A stretch of DNA of 21,312 nt from Sedimentisphaerales bacterium (GTDB lineage: Bacteria > Planctomycetota > Phycisphaerae > Sedimentisphaerales > SM23-30). The stretch covers positions 1-21,312 of the forward strand of contig CAXXMR010000035.1 in NCBI GenBank assembly GCA_963663805.2. Reading direction: 5' to 3'. The position numbers and the translations under genes are program-made. The notes below the pieces were generated by a model, which worked only from the letters and a program-made list of their open reading frames with translations, was not told the origin of the DNA and did not search any database. The stretch's first letter is position 1, and every line of letters starts with the position of its first letter. Shown here one piece after another: positions 9,186-18,197 of this stretch.

Positions 9186-10043
9186 ATGTTTAGATGGCTA
9201 ATACATTTTAAAAACGAACAATCCCCCCACCTTGCCCAACTTAAAATGATGGGCAGGGAAGTTGTTGACAGCCCGGAATACTACTGGTCCGGCTCAATTC
9301 GCCAACACAAATCGCACATTGCTTTCCAATACACAATTTCCGGAAAAGGTATCTTGGAAAACACGAAAGGCCGGTTTGAAGTCGGCCCTAATCAGGGTTT
9401 TATATGCGACCCGACCAAACCGGAAGTCTGCTATTATTACCCACCCAAAGCTCGTCAAAAATGGGAATTCGTTTGGTTCGTCTTTATCGGAGAGGTCGCC
9501 TTTAGCTGCGCCGAACATTTAATATCGTCATACGGAAACATCCTGACCGTCGACTCGGATTCACCCTACCTGAATGAATACCTTGAATATGGCGATAACC
9601 ATCCCCGCAGCATAGAACTCCCCCTGGCAGACAACAGCCAAATGGCCTACGAACTGCTTATCAACCTCGACCGAGAACAGCGTGCCAAAAACTTTTCCTC
9701 CACCAGTGAATTGATCGTCAGAAAAACCAGAAAGTTAGTCGCCCAGGGAATCAGCCGCAATATCAACGCGACAGAAGTTGCCCAGCAGTTGAAAATCACT
9801 CGCGAACACCTCAGCCGCGTATTCAAAAAAAGCACCGGAATAAATATAAGCCAATATATAATCCAGCAAAAAATCTCCGAAGCCACCAGCATCCTCCTGA
9901 CCACATCTTCACCCATCCACAAAATCGCAGAAGACCTGGGCTTCAGTTCCTGCTCAGATTTTATTCAGTTCTTCAAAAAGCACATAGGCAAAACCCCCAC
10001 AGAATTTCGCAAATCCCCTATCCATGGCAAAACAAATTTGTAG
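9186..10043 (+). CDS. AraC/XylS-family transcriptional regulator
   Basis: N-terminal cupin-like domain (FQYTISGKG..GQGF..YY..WEFVWF); C-terminal double HTH (EVAQQLKITREHLSRVFKK..IAEDLGF..FKKHIGKTPTEFRK); divergent from the GH4 gene. Confidence 0.93.
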   Translation: MFRWLIHFKNEQSPHLAQLKMMGREVVDSPEYYWSGSIRQHKSHIAFQYTISGKGILENTKGRFEVGPNQGFICDPTKPEVCYYYPPKARQKWEFVWFVFIGEVAFSCAEHLISSYGNILTVDSDSPYLNEYLEYGDNHPRSIELPLADNSQMAYELLINLDREQRAKNFSSTSELIVRKTRKLVAQGISRNINATEVAQQLKITREHLSRVFKKSTGINISQYIIQQKISEATSILLTTSSPIHKIAEDLGFSSCSDFIQFFKKHIGKTPTEFRKSPIHGKTNL

Positions 10044-10055
10044 CAACCCTATCGA

Positions 10056-10240
10056 CTAAACCTCAGTCTTGGGACGTTTACCATGAAACTGCCCCAAATC
10101 CTGAACCCTCAAATCACCACCCTGCCCCTTACGCTCCATCTCCCGTATCGCCAAATCCGCCTGACGATTTTCTTCGATAACCACCGAAGATAACCGGTCC
10201 AGAAAGTCCGGCAAAGCTGTAGTTGTCAACCGAACGTGAT
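10056..10240 (-). pseudogene. 3' remnant of an unidentified gene, truncated at the edge of the mobile region
   Basis: Protein-like tail ..ALPDFLDRLSSVVIEENRQADLAIREMERKGQGGDLRVQDLGQFHGKRPKTEV* with host-like G/T-ending codons; sequence upstream belongs to the integrase-element trailer. Family not recognised. Confidence 0.35.
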
Positions 10241-11595
10241 ACCGCTTTAACGCGGCTGAAATTTGATAATTTTGCTCCTTGAAAAGTCCATATGAGTTCA
10301 GATTCAGCGTTATCAAAGGACGCTGAATGGTAAATCGTCGGATTTTCGGGCGTTTCTCCTGTGAAACACAAAATCTGCGCGTACGTATTTTGTGATGAGG
10401 GCTGGAATTGACCAAGATTCAAGCAGACTGTTAGCCTATAGCCCATTGTCCGGGCTTGGCTGAAGTAGCGTTGCTCAATATTGGGCGGCACTTCTTTCGC
10501 GTCATGGCCAGGCATTTCTGGTGGGTTGCCATAGAATACATCATTTGGCCTTAAGCCATCGAGCGTCATGTGAGGACGCCATTGGTTGTACCAAGTTTGG
10601 AATTCATCGCAGAGTTCGGTTAAGTGCTTAAAACCTCTGATGAGTACGACTCTTTTGAGCCATTCGTATTTGAGGGTTTTATTGGCTCTTTCCGTCACAG
10701 CAATTGAGCTATGTTTGCCGATGGCTCCATAGCGGTGTTTGATGTTATCTCCCAATAGATCATTGAATGCCTGCTGATGAAAACGCTGCCCTGATCGGAG
10801 ATGATGTGTTTGGGTGGGCCATATTTTTCGATGGTGTTATCCAATAGTTCGCATACCCAGCCTGCGTTTCTGCCTTCCAGCGGAGCAACGGCCATAATCT
10901 TGCGCGAGTAATGATCGATAATCAGGCAAACATGGATTTCCCAGAGCCCCCAGCAGAACACTGACGTGTTGTCAATTGACCAGACATGATTGGGATACCA
11001 CGCGGGTATAGAGCGAGCTTTCGTTTGTTCTTCAATTTTCTGTTTACGTGGAGGTATTTTTGGTTTTTTAGGTTGGGGGCGATTGAGGATATTTCTGACG
11101 GTAGATGCTGAAATAAAAACTTTCAGCAAGGCCAGTTGGCTGGCTATCCTCATTCTGCCCCAGTTAGTATTATTTTTGGCAACCTCCCAAACCAACGCTG
11201 CTATTTCGGCAGGCGTTTTGTTTGCAGGCGTCCTCTGCTTCACTTGGGTTTCAATTTTACGAATCCAACGATAATATGTTGATTTAGCGATGCCGACATG
11301 CTCAAAGAGTTTATTCCTGGGAACCTGAAAAGCTTCAACATAATTCAGGATGAATAATTTCTCGTCGAGTGTATAACGTTTGTTGGTGTCTTTTTTTTTT
11401 CAAGCCTTTCTGTAATATGCTGATTTGAATGGCCTGCTGATAAACTTTGCCGCGAAGAAAAAATATTTCCTTATCCTTTTCGTCAATATCCATCTGAGCC
11501 ACTCGTTTCAACTGACGTTTTCTGGCCCGGCCGGAAAATTGAGCTGCTAATATTACGGCCTTGATGCGATAGGATATAACAATGCTAAAAATCTC

Positions 11596-13185
11596 GTAAC
11601 ATTTTAGCCAAGTGAAGCAAATTCTATAGCTTTTGGGTTGGCTTGTGCAAAAAAAAGACAAAAAAACTTCAAAATGTTAAGATGGGTAATTTGCGCTATT
11701 GCGTGTAATGGTTTATAGTTTCAGCATGATGAAGCCGAATGCTGAACAGGCTATCGCCGACCTGGCCTTAGAGCAGGAATTGACTGCGGAGCAGGCTGAG
11801 CTTATTTACGAGCAAGGCAGAGAGGCGGTGGTTTTTGTTTTGCTGAGACTGTCGAAACTGGCAGCGGAAAAAACACAAGGTACGTTAGTTGCCGGCAGTC
11901 CGGCTGATCCTTCGTGTCCCTCAGGTCAGAAGCCGGTTTTTGTCAAGCCGAACAAAACAGATAAAAAACGCGGCAAAAAGTTTGGCCGTAAAAAAGGGCA
12001 TCAAGGTACTCGCCGCAATCTGCCGACCCAAATAGACCGTACCGAAGAACATCGCGCTTCATGTTGTCCGGACTGCGGCGGCGAACTGAAAAAATGTTCC
12101 GGCACACGTGAACGAATCATCGAAGACATCCCGGAAGATGTTCGCGTTGAGACGGTAAAGCATGTTATTCATCGCGACTGGTGTCCGAACTGTCGCAAGG
12201 CGGTTGAGCCGATCGTAACCGATGCTCTGCCAAAATCATCTATTGGCAATGGTATTGTGGTTTTGTGTGCCTGGCTCCACTTTGCGTTGGGCAATACGAT
12301 AGCGCAGATCCTGGAGGTGTTTAATTTTCATCTCCGGTTTAAGATGTCGCCGGGCGGATTAGTCCAGATGTGGCATCGTTTAGCGGATATACTCCTGGCC
12401 TGGTACGAAGAAATAATCGAGGACATTCAAAAAGCCGGTGTCCTGCACGGCGATGAGACCGGCTGGCGGGTAAACGGTAAAACGCATTGGTTATGGTGCT
12501 TTACCAGCCATCAAGCCACGATTTTTACGGTCGAGCAGTCGCGGGCCGGGCCGGTGGTTTTGGAATTTATCAAAGAATGTTTCAACGGCGTGTTCGTAAG
12601 TGACTTCTGGTATGCTTACAATGTATTGTCATGCGCCAAACAAAAGTGCCTGGTTCACTTACTGCGTGATTTGGAGCGAGTCTGGAAAGCCAAAGACCAC
12701 AGCGGCGATTGGCCGAGGTTCTCCAAAAAACTCAAACGATTAATTCGCGACGCGATACGCCTGCGTAAACGCATCGATGAACTGGATGCGACGGTTTACC
12801 AGCGGCGCTGCCAACGAATCGAAAAACGCTTGGATCTTATTATCGCGCATGAGTGGTCGAACAAGGAAGCTCAGCGGTTGATTAAGCGTTTGAAACGCCA
12901 TCATGATGAGCTGTTCACTTTTCTGAGCAATCGCGAGGTGCCGTTCGATAATAATTTTGGCGAACGCAGCATTCGCGGCGCGGTGATCATGCGAAAGAAC
13001 AGCTATAACAACCGCAGCGACCGTGGAGCCCGAACGCAATCGGTGCTGATGAGCGTGTTTTTTACCCTGAAACAACGCGGCCTAAACCCGGTTGCTACCA
13101 TCAAAAAAGCCCTGCGAACATACATCAAAACCGGCAAATTGCCAAAACTCGCGGAGTTCTCTGCTTCACTTGGCTAAAGTGTTAC
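11596..13185 (+). mobile_element. Complete single-ORF IS66-family element (ISBst12-type organisation), 1590 bp
   Basis: Terminal IRs GTAACA(T/C)TTTAGCCAAGTGAAGCA (23/24); flanking 8-bp direct repeat AAAATCTC at 11588-11595 and 13186-13193. Confidence 0.95.
11726..13177 (+). CDS. IS66-family transposase (TnpC-like)
   Basis: GRKKGHQG; Zn finger CPDCG..CPNC; HGDETGW, VSDFW, QKCLVHLLR, NNFGERSIR; stop lies within the right IR. Start uncertain (11699-11729). Confidence 0.93.
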   Translation: MMKPNAEQAIADLALEQELTAEQAELIYEQGREAVVFVLLRLSKLAAEKTQGTLVAGSPADPSCPSGQKPVFVKPNKTDKKRGKKFGRKKGHQGTRRNLPTQIDRTEEHRASCCPDCGGELKKCSGTRERIIEDIPEDVRVETVKHVIHRDWCPNCRKAVEPIVTDALPKSSIGNGIVVLCAWLHFALGNTIAQILEVFNFHLRFKMSPGGLVQMWHRLADILLAWYEEIIEDIQKAGVLHGDETGWRVNGKTHWLWCFTSHQATIFTVEQSRAGPVVLEFIKECFNGVFVSDFWYAYNVLSCAKQKCLVHLLRDLERVWKAKDHSGDWPRFSKKLKRLIRDAIRLRKRIDELDATVYQRRCQRIEKRLDLIIAHEWSNKEAQRLIKRLKRHHDELFTFLSNREVPFDNNFGERSIRGAVIMRKNSYNNRSDRGARTQSVLMSVFFTLKQRGLNPVATIKKALRTYIKTGKLPKLAEFSASLG

Positions 13186-13451
13186 AAAATCTCAATGTTG
13201 TGGTACATGCTTTCTACTTTGGTTGTTTGATATTGATCGCCCTTAAACACCTATATAAATACATTATATGTTTCAACAGTAAAATAGCAAGCCCCCCTAC
13301 CACCCTGACAGATCAAGCAATGGATAGCTTGCGACAGGCCGGTTAAAATCCCATTGCAAATCACCAACCCACGAGTTAGCATGTTTAGCAAGTTTGGAAG
13401 CGTATTTTGGCTGGAAACGTCGTTCGGACCAAACCGGTCAAAAAGGATAAA

Positions 13452-13847
13452 ATGCCAGGATTAACCATAAATAAACAAACACGTGTGAGCAAGTTAAACT
13501 CTATGCCTGTGGAAGTCGAAGGGTTCGATTCTCTGGCTGAGCTTGCTCTGGATATTCGATGGTCGTGGAGTCATTATGGGGACAAAGTCTGGAGACAGCT
13601 CGATCCGGAATTGTGGGAACTGACACAAAATCCATGGGTCGTTTTGCAGACTGTTTCACGGGAAAAACTTGAAAACTCATTGGCTAACAGCGAATTTCGC
13701 AGGGAAGTGAATGAGCTTTTGGAACTCAAGAGCCGCAAGTCGGCAGCACCCGCATGGTTTCAGCAAACTCATCCCAAAACTTCGTTATCGTGTGTCGCTT
13801 ATTTCTGTATGGAATTCATGCTATTACTCCGGCAATTAAACAGATAA
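13452..13847 (+). pseudogene. glgP: N-terminal fragment of alpha-glucan (glycogen) phosphorylase (DUF3417 region)
   Basis: AAGGA RBS; LAELALDIRWSW..WRQLDPELWELTQNPWVVL..VAYFCMEFML, then abrupt loss of similarity at about 13822 and a stop. Confidence 0.8.
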
Positions 13848-14030
13848 CTCCCTCTGAACACGCCAGCCTTAGCTGGTCGCACTACTTGGCCGGAACCTTA
13901 CATTTCTTCTACGATAATGCAGCCACCTTCATCAACCAGCCACGGGGCATCCAGATGGAATACCTCGTCAGCGTCGCCAACGCCGCTGGGGAAAGCCCCG
14001 CCAGCAATATCCTGCCGGTTATTTCTCAGT
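13820..14030 (+). pseudogene. C-terminal fragment of a fibronectin type III-like protein
   Basis: ..LSWSHY..NQPRGIQMEYLVSVANAAGESPASNILPV resembles the FN3 C-terminal strand pattern (Y-x-V-x-A-x-N-x-x-G-E-S-x-x-S-N); no start codon of its own. Confidence 0.45.
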
Positions 14031-14964
14031 GTCGCTCAAGCCATTCCAGCATGGCGTTAATACTGCCGGTGGCCAGGGCGACGCTCATATCCGCTACACC
14101 GTAATACAAGTGAATCGTATCGCCATCGGGGGCGATGGTATAGCCGCACGGGAAGACGACATTATCGACATCTCCGCGCTGCTCGTATGGTTCTTCCGGG
14201 CCAAAAATCCACTCGTCGCCGCGTTGGAGGCAAACCTCCGGTGCCTGCAAATCAAACAAGGCCAGGCCGAGCCGATAAATGCAGCCGGCTGCGTTTTGTC
14301 GAACTCCGTGGTAGATCACCAGCCATCCTTTGTCCGTTTTGATCGGCGGGGGTGAAAGGCCGATCTTATTGGCGTCCCACCATCCGCCTTTTCGGGCTCT
14401 TAGCATTAACCTGTGGTTGCCCCATTGACGCAAATCGGAGGAGTAGGATATCCAGATGTGCGCACCGATCGAACTGACCGGGCGGTGGATCAAAGCCCAA
14501 TTTCCGTCAATACGGCAAGGCAGGAGCACGGCGTCCTTATCTTCCGGCTGCATGATCAAACCATAGCGATCAAAACTGCGGAAATCTTCCGTGAGCGCTA
14601 GAGAAACACCCGGGCCGTCTTGCGTGTAGGCCGTGTAAACGACGGCATATTTTTTTAGTTCGTCGATGAAGGTTATACGCGGATCTTCAATGCCCCAAAA
14701 TTCTTCCGGATAATGCTCCTTATCAGGCATCAAAGTAGGCTGGGTATCAATTTCCCAGTTGTCGAGACCATTGGCGGAACGGGCGGCACATAGATGGGAT
14801 TGCCCACGCCGGTCTTCCACACGGCACAGGAGCAGAGTCGTGCCGTTGGGCAACAGCGTGGCAGCAGGATTAAACACGCTATGAACCGGATAGGGCCAAT
14901 CGGCAGTGGTTAATATGGGATTCAATTTGTGACGGCTAAAAAGCTCAGGATATTTGTGATTCAT
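14026..14964 (-). CDS. GH130-family glycosidase/beta-mannoside phosphorylase (DUF377)
   Basis: NPILT, VFNPAA, GIEDPRIT, DKDAVL, IHRP, KIGLSPPPIKTDKGWLVIYHGV, YRLG, GDVDNVVFPCG, YYGVAD. Confidence 0.9.
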   Translation of the reverse strand: MNHKYPELFSRHKLNPILTTADWPYPVHSVFNPAATLLPNGTTLLLCRVEDRRGQSHLCAARSANGLDNWEIDTQPTLMPDKEHYPEEFWGIEDPRITFIDELKKYAVVYTAYTQDGPGVSLALTEDFRSFDRYGLIMQPEDKDAVLLPCRIDGNWALIHRPVSSIGAHIWISYSSDLRQWGNHRLMLRARKGGWWDANKIGLSPPPIKTDKGWLVIYHGVRQNAAGCIYRLGLALFDLQAPEVCLQRGDEWIFGPEEPYEQRGDVDNVVFPCGYTIAPDGDTIHLYYGVADMSVALATGSINAMLEWLERH

Positions 14965-17252
14965 TTAATTTGTGTCTCCGCAGACAGTAAGGGGTTTTCA
15001 GCCAGCCTCAGTTCCAGCAGGGCCTGGAGAAAGGCTAGTGTTGACTCGGCGCCCTGGTTTTCGTTAATACGGTCGGGATGCAAACCGTCCCGGCAGCCTC
15101 CCGTTGTCGGATCATAGACACGCAGATTCAAGTCATTGCGACCGAGGAACCAATCAAAGGCGCGGCGGGCTTCCTTACGCCAGCGATTATCGACTGTGAT
15201 CCGATATGCTTCGAGACAGGCCGAGACCATCGCTTGCGCCTCCACCGGCTGTTGATCGAATCGGGCCCTCTCACCACCTTGCGTGTAAAAACCATTAGAT
15301 CCAATAGGGACAAAAAACCCCGTATCCGAACGCTGCTGGTCGGCCAGCCAACAAAGTGACTCCATTCCAACCTGAGTCATGGCGGCATTGGGTATCGCCT
15401 GGCCACATAGGAGTAAGGCGTGCGGTAACGCAGCGTTACAATAGGTTAACTTTGCTTCATACCAGCACCAGTCATCCGAGCGGTTGTTTTGATACAGGGT
15501 GAGCAAACGCTCGGCTAATTCATTCCGTACCTGCTCTGCCCGGCTGTCGCCTGAAAATCGCTGCAGGTATTCATGGATGCCAATAATGGCAAAAGCCCAG
15601 GCGCGGGGACTGGTTGTGTTGAGAATAGCGGGCAATGCCTGTTCAAATACCCATCCCGCCATACTTTGCAAGGACGGTGTATTCGAGCGGCCCAGGACGG
15701 CACCTAACGACCATAATGTGCGGCCCTGGCTGTCATCGGAGCCGCTCTTTTCCAGCCAGTAACGCTGGTAATCCATAAAGTTACGGAAACGACCGGTTTC
15801 CGTATTGAAGGCATACCAGATAAAGGCGAGATAACGGATGCTTAGATCCATTGCAGATTCGTTGCCCAGGGCTTCCAGATACGTACTCACAATCAGGGCA
15901 CGGGCATTGTCGTCGAGGCTGTAGCCCTCGTTGTAGTTGGGCACAATGAAAGTAGCGTGTTGCAACATTCCGGTGTCGTCGGTCATATGACGCAGATGAT
16001 CTAGTTTGAGGATCGGCAGTTCGGCCGGGCGTTTATCCAGCGGCTTGACCGCGAAACCGGCCGGAATGAAATTTCGGCGTTCAACACGGGCGCGTTCAAA
16101 ACTGGCGACATATTGATGCGCCACTTCTGGCCAGATCATCTTGCGACCAAACATATAAGCCCGCTTACGCATGGCGTGTCGCTGAGACTCGTTGTCTAAA
16201 AGGTTAATCACTTGCTTGGCCAGTTCGGCCGGATCCCGGAATGGCACCAAAACGCCTCGCCCCTCAGATAGCATTTCTTGAGCATACCAATATGGTGTCG
16301 AAATCATCGCCTTGCCCGCTCCCAGGGTGTAGGCGAGTGTGCCAGAGGTGATTTGTGCTTCATTGAGATAAGGTGTGATGTAAATATCCGCGGCGCCGAT
16401 GAACTGAACAAGCTCTTCCAAATTGACAAAGCGGTTGTAAAAGATCACCTGACCTTCCACACCTTTCTCCTGGGCCAGCCATTGCAAGGACTGTCGGTAT
16501 TTTTCGCCTTCATTCTGCACGACATGAGGATGGGTTGCGCCGAGGACGATGTACACCGCGTCCGGGTGCTGGGCTAATATGTCGGGCAGGGCGGCGATGA
16601 CATTTTCGTAACCTTTGCTCTCCGAAAGCAAGCCAAAACTGAGCAAGACCGTTTTGCCCTCGACTCCAAACAGATCTTTATGAAAACTTGGGTCCACAAA
16701 GGGCACATCAGGGATGCCATGGGGGATCATGTCAATCTTTTCCGGTCGCACTCCATAGATTTCCTGTAAAAATTCTGCGCCACGATGACTCATGACAACC
16801 AGTCGGTCAGATAGAGCCGCTACGTCTTCCAACACCCGCTTTTGATCGGGATTGGGATCGCGCAAAATGGTGTGCAATGTCGTAACGACAGGCATTCGCA
16901 ATTCGCGTAAAAGCATCAGGATATGACTGCCCACACACCCACCGTAAATGCCATACTCATGTTGCAGGGATACAAGATCTACATTGTTGATGTTCAGGAA
17001 GTCCGCAGCGCGGCGATAGGAATCTATATCCTTCTGTGCAAGCTCAAAACGAACGCGGGGCGGATAGGCGTAGCCGGCCTCGACGTCATTTACTGGCAGG
17101 GCAATGCAGGTGGTTTGACGATATTGAGCGGCGATGGCCTCACATAAATCGGTGGTAAATGTAGCGATGCCGCACAATCGCGGCAAGTAGTTGCCGATGA
17201 AGGCGATGCGATTCAGTACTGAATTGTTTAAATCATGATCCATGACGAACAT
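14961..17252 (-). CDS. GT4 glycosyltransferase fused to a C-terminal helical (six-hairpin glycosidase-like) domain
   Basis: YLPRLCGIATFT, QHEYGIYGG, TTLHT, IPHG, KGYE, YITPYLNEAQITSGTL; second domain DDTGMLQH..DDNARAL..FDQQPVEA..NQGAESTL. ATGA overlap with the GH130 gene. Confidence 0.9.
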   Translation of the reverse strand: MFVMDHDLNNSVLNRIAFIGNYLPRLCGIATFTTDLCEAIAAQYRQTTCIALPVNDVEAGYAYPPRVRFELAQKDIDSYRRAADFLNINNVDLVSLQHEYGIYGGCVGSHILMLLRELRMPVVTTLHTILRDPNPDQKRVLEDVAALSDRLVVMSHRGAEFLQEIYGVRPEKIDMIPHGIPDVPFVDPSFHKDLFGVEGKTVLLSFGLLSESKGYENVIAALPDILAQHPDAVYIVLGATHPHVVQNEGEKYRQSLQWLAQEKGVEGQVIFYNRFVNLEELVQFIGAADIYITPYLNEAQITSGTLAYTLGAGKAMISTPYWYAQEMLSEGRGVLVPFRDPAELAKQVINLLDNESQRHAMRKRAYMFGRKMIWPEVAHQYVASFERARVERRNFIPAGFAVKPLDKRPAELPILKLDHLRHMTDDTGMLQHATFIVPNYNEGYSLDDNARALIVSTYLEALGNESAMDLSIRYLAFIWYAFNTETGRFRNFMDYQRYWLEKSGSDDSQGRTLWSLGAVLGRSNTPSLQSMAGWVFEQALPAILNTTSPRAWAFAIIGIHEYLQRFSGDSRAEQVRNELAERLLTLYQNNRSDDWCWYEAKLTYCNAALPHALLLCGQAIPNAAMTQVGMESLCWLADQQRSDTGFFVPIGSNGFYTQGGERARFDQQPVEAQAMVSACLEAYRITVDNRWRKEARRAFDWFLGRNDLNLRVYDPTTGGCRDGLHPDRINENQGAESTLAFLQALLELRLAENPLLSAETQIK

Positions 17253-17433
17253 CTCTTTTCTTGATACCAGTGTGCTTATTGCTACTTCCTGAACTAGGAA
17301 AGCAAAGAGGCGGTTAATGTGGTAACTGCCTTGGCTGTACTAATCTTCACAAGCTGTATGTTACCACAATCGCCTAAAAAGTGTGAAAGTTTACAAAATA
17401 ATTTTTACATTTGAGCCTGTTGCACAACAATTT

Positions 17434-17458
17434 TCGAACCCAACCGTTTTGGGTTCGA
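17434..17458. other. Perfect 10-bp hairpin upstream of the GT4 gene
   Basis: TCGAACCCAA-CCGTT-TTGGGTTCGA. Confidence 0.6.
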
Positions 17459-17632
17459 TGGCTGTTTGAGTGAGACGGCTCTATTTTTTCGTTCTCATGT
17501 AGCCTTTATTAAATTTGGTTCTCATCAGAAATAGTTGGTCATAATAAGGTATAATGTCATTTAACTCTTTTTGGATTTTAACGCTTTAAGGCTCCAGCAG
17601 GTATGGGTATAATACGACCTCTGTCGGGGAGG

Positions 17633-17871
17633 ATAGCGTTTGTTGGTGTCTTTTTTCTTCAAAACCTTTTTGTAGTATGCTGATTTGAATGGCCTGCTGA
17701 TAAACTTTGTCACGAAGAAAGAATATTTCCTTATCCCTTTTCGTCAATATCCCTCTGAGCCACTCGTTTCAACTGACGTTTTCTGGCCCGGCCGGAAAAT
17801 TGAGCTGCTAATACTACGGCCTTGATGAGATAAGATATAACAATGCCGAGAGTCTCGAGGTTGTGGTACAT
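17633..17871 (-). pseudogene. Truncated 5' part of the same integrase-core transposase (copy B)
   Basis: MYHNLETLGIVISYLIKAVVLAAQFSGRARKRQLKRVAQ..KKKDTNKRY, closely matching 11373-11595 joined to 13194-13208; lacks the IS66 insertion; frameshifted near 17735. Confidence 0.85.
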
Positions 17872-18197
17872 TGGTATTTCATTTTGATTGTTTAAAGGTT
17901 GATCGCTCTTAAAATCCTATATTAAGCTATTATATGTCTCACCGGAAAATTCGCAAGTACTACCCCCCTACCCGCCCTGCTTACCCGGTTGCCATTTCCC
18001 TAAAATCCGTTATAATGCTCTCATGGTACGAAAAACATATACATATTTTACAGCTCTGATAGCCAGCCCAAACAATGGATAACTTGCGACAAACTTACAC
18101 AACTTGTGACAGGCCGGTTAGAACCCCACTGCCAATCAACAACCCGCTCGTTAACACGGTTAGCGAATTTTGAGGTATATTTCGGTTGGAATCGCCG
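17872..18197 (-). repeat. Non-coding leader shared with copy A (13209-13421)
   Basis: Aligned blocks TTGATCGCnCTTAAA, ATTATATGT, GCAAG..CCCCCCTACC, CAATGGATAnCTTGCGAC, AGGCCGGTTA, AATCAnCAACCC; copy B carries extra sequence at about 17980-18070. Confidence 0.75.

Larger units (their letters stand above)
10419..13208 (-). pseudogene. Integrase-core (rve, IS3/IS481-like) DDE transposase, interrupted by IS66 and frameshifted (copy A)
   Basis: Removing the IS66 and one TSD gives MYHNIEIFSIVISYRIKAV.. from ATG 13208. HTH GIAKSTYYRW; WGRMRIASQL..STVRNIL; DDE motifs WSIDNT, ISDQGSVF, TERANKTLK; WYNQWRPHMTL. Frameshifts near 11395 (A10), 10770 and probably 10431 (would give GYRLKQSA*). Confidence 0.85.

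Noticed and set aside
10129..10418. C-terminal extension of the transposase in the ORF track
   Set aside because: More simply read-through into the non-coding trailer after a one-base deletion near 10431.
11391..11400. Programmed ribosomal frameshift at the A10 run, as in IS3 elements
   Set aside because: Copy B has AAG AAA AAA (9 nt, in frame) at the same position, so the extra A is a slippage mutation or sequencing error.
17422..17470. Integron attC site (AAC...hairpin...GTT)
   Set aside because: Shorter than typical attC sites, no extrahelical bases, poor R-box match and no integron integrase.
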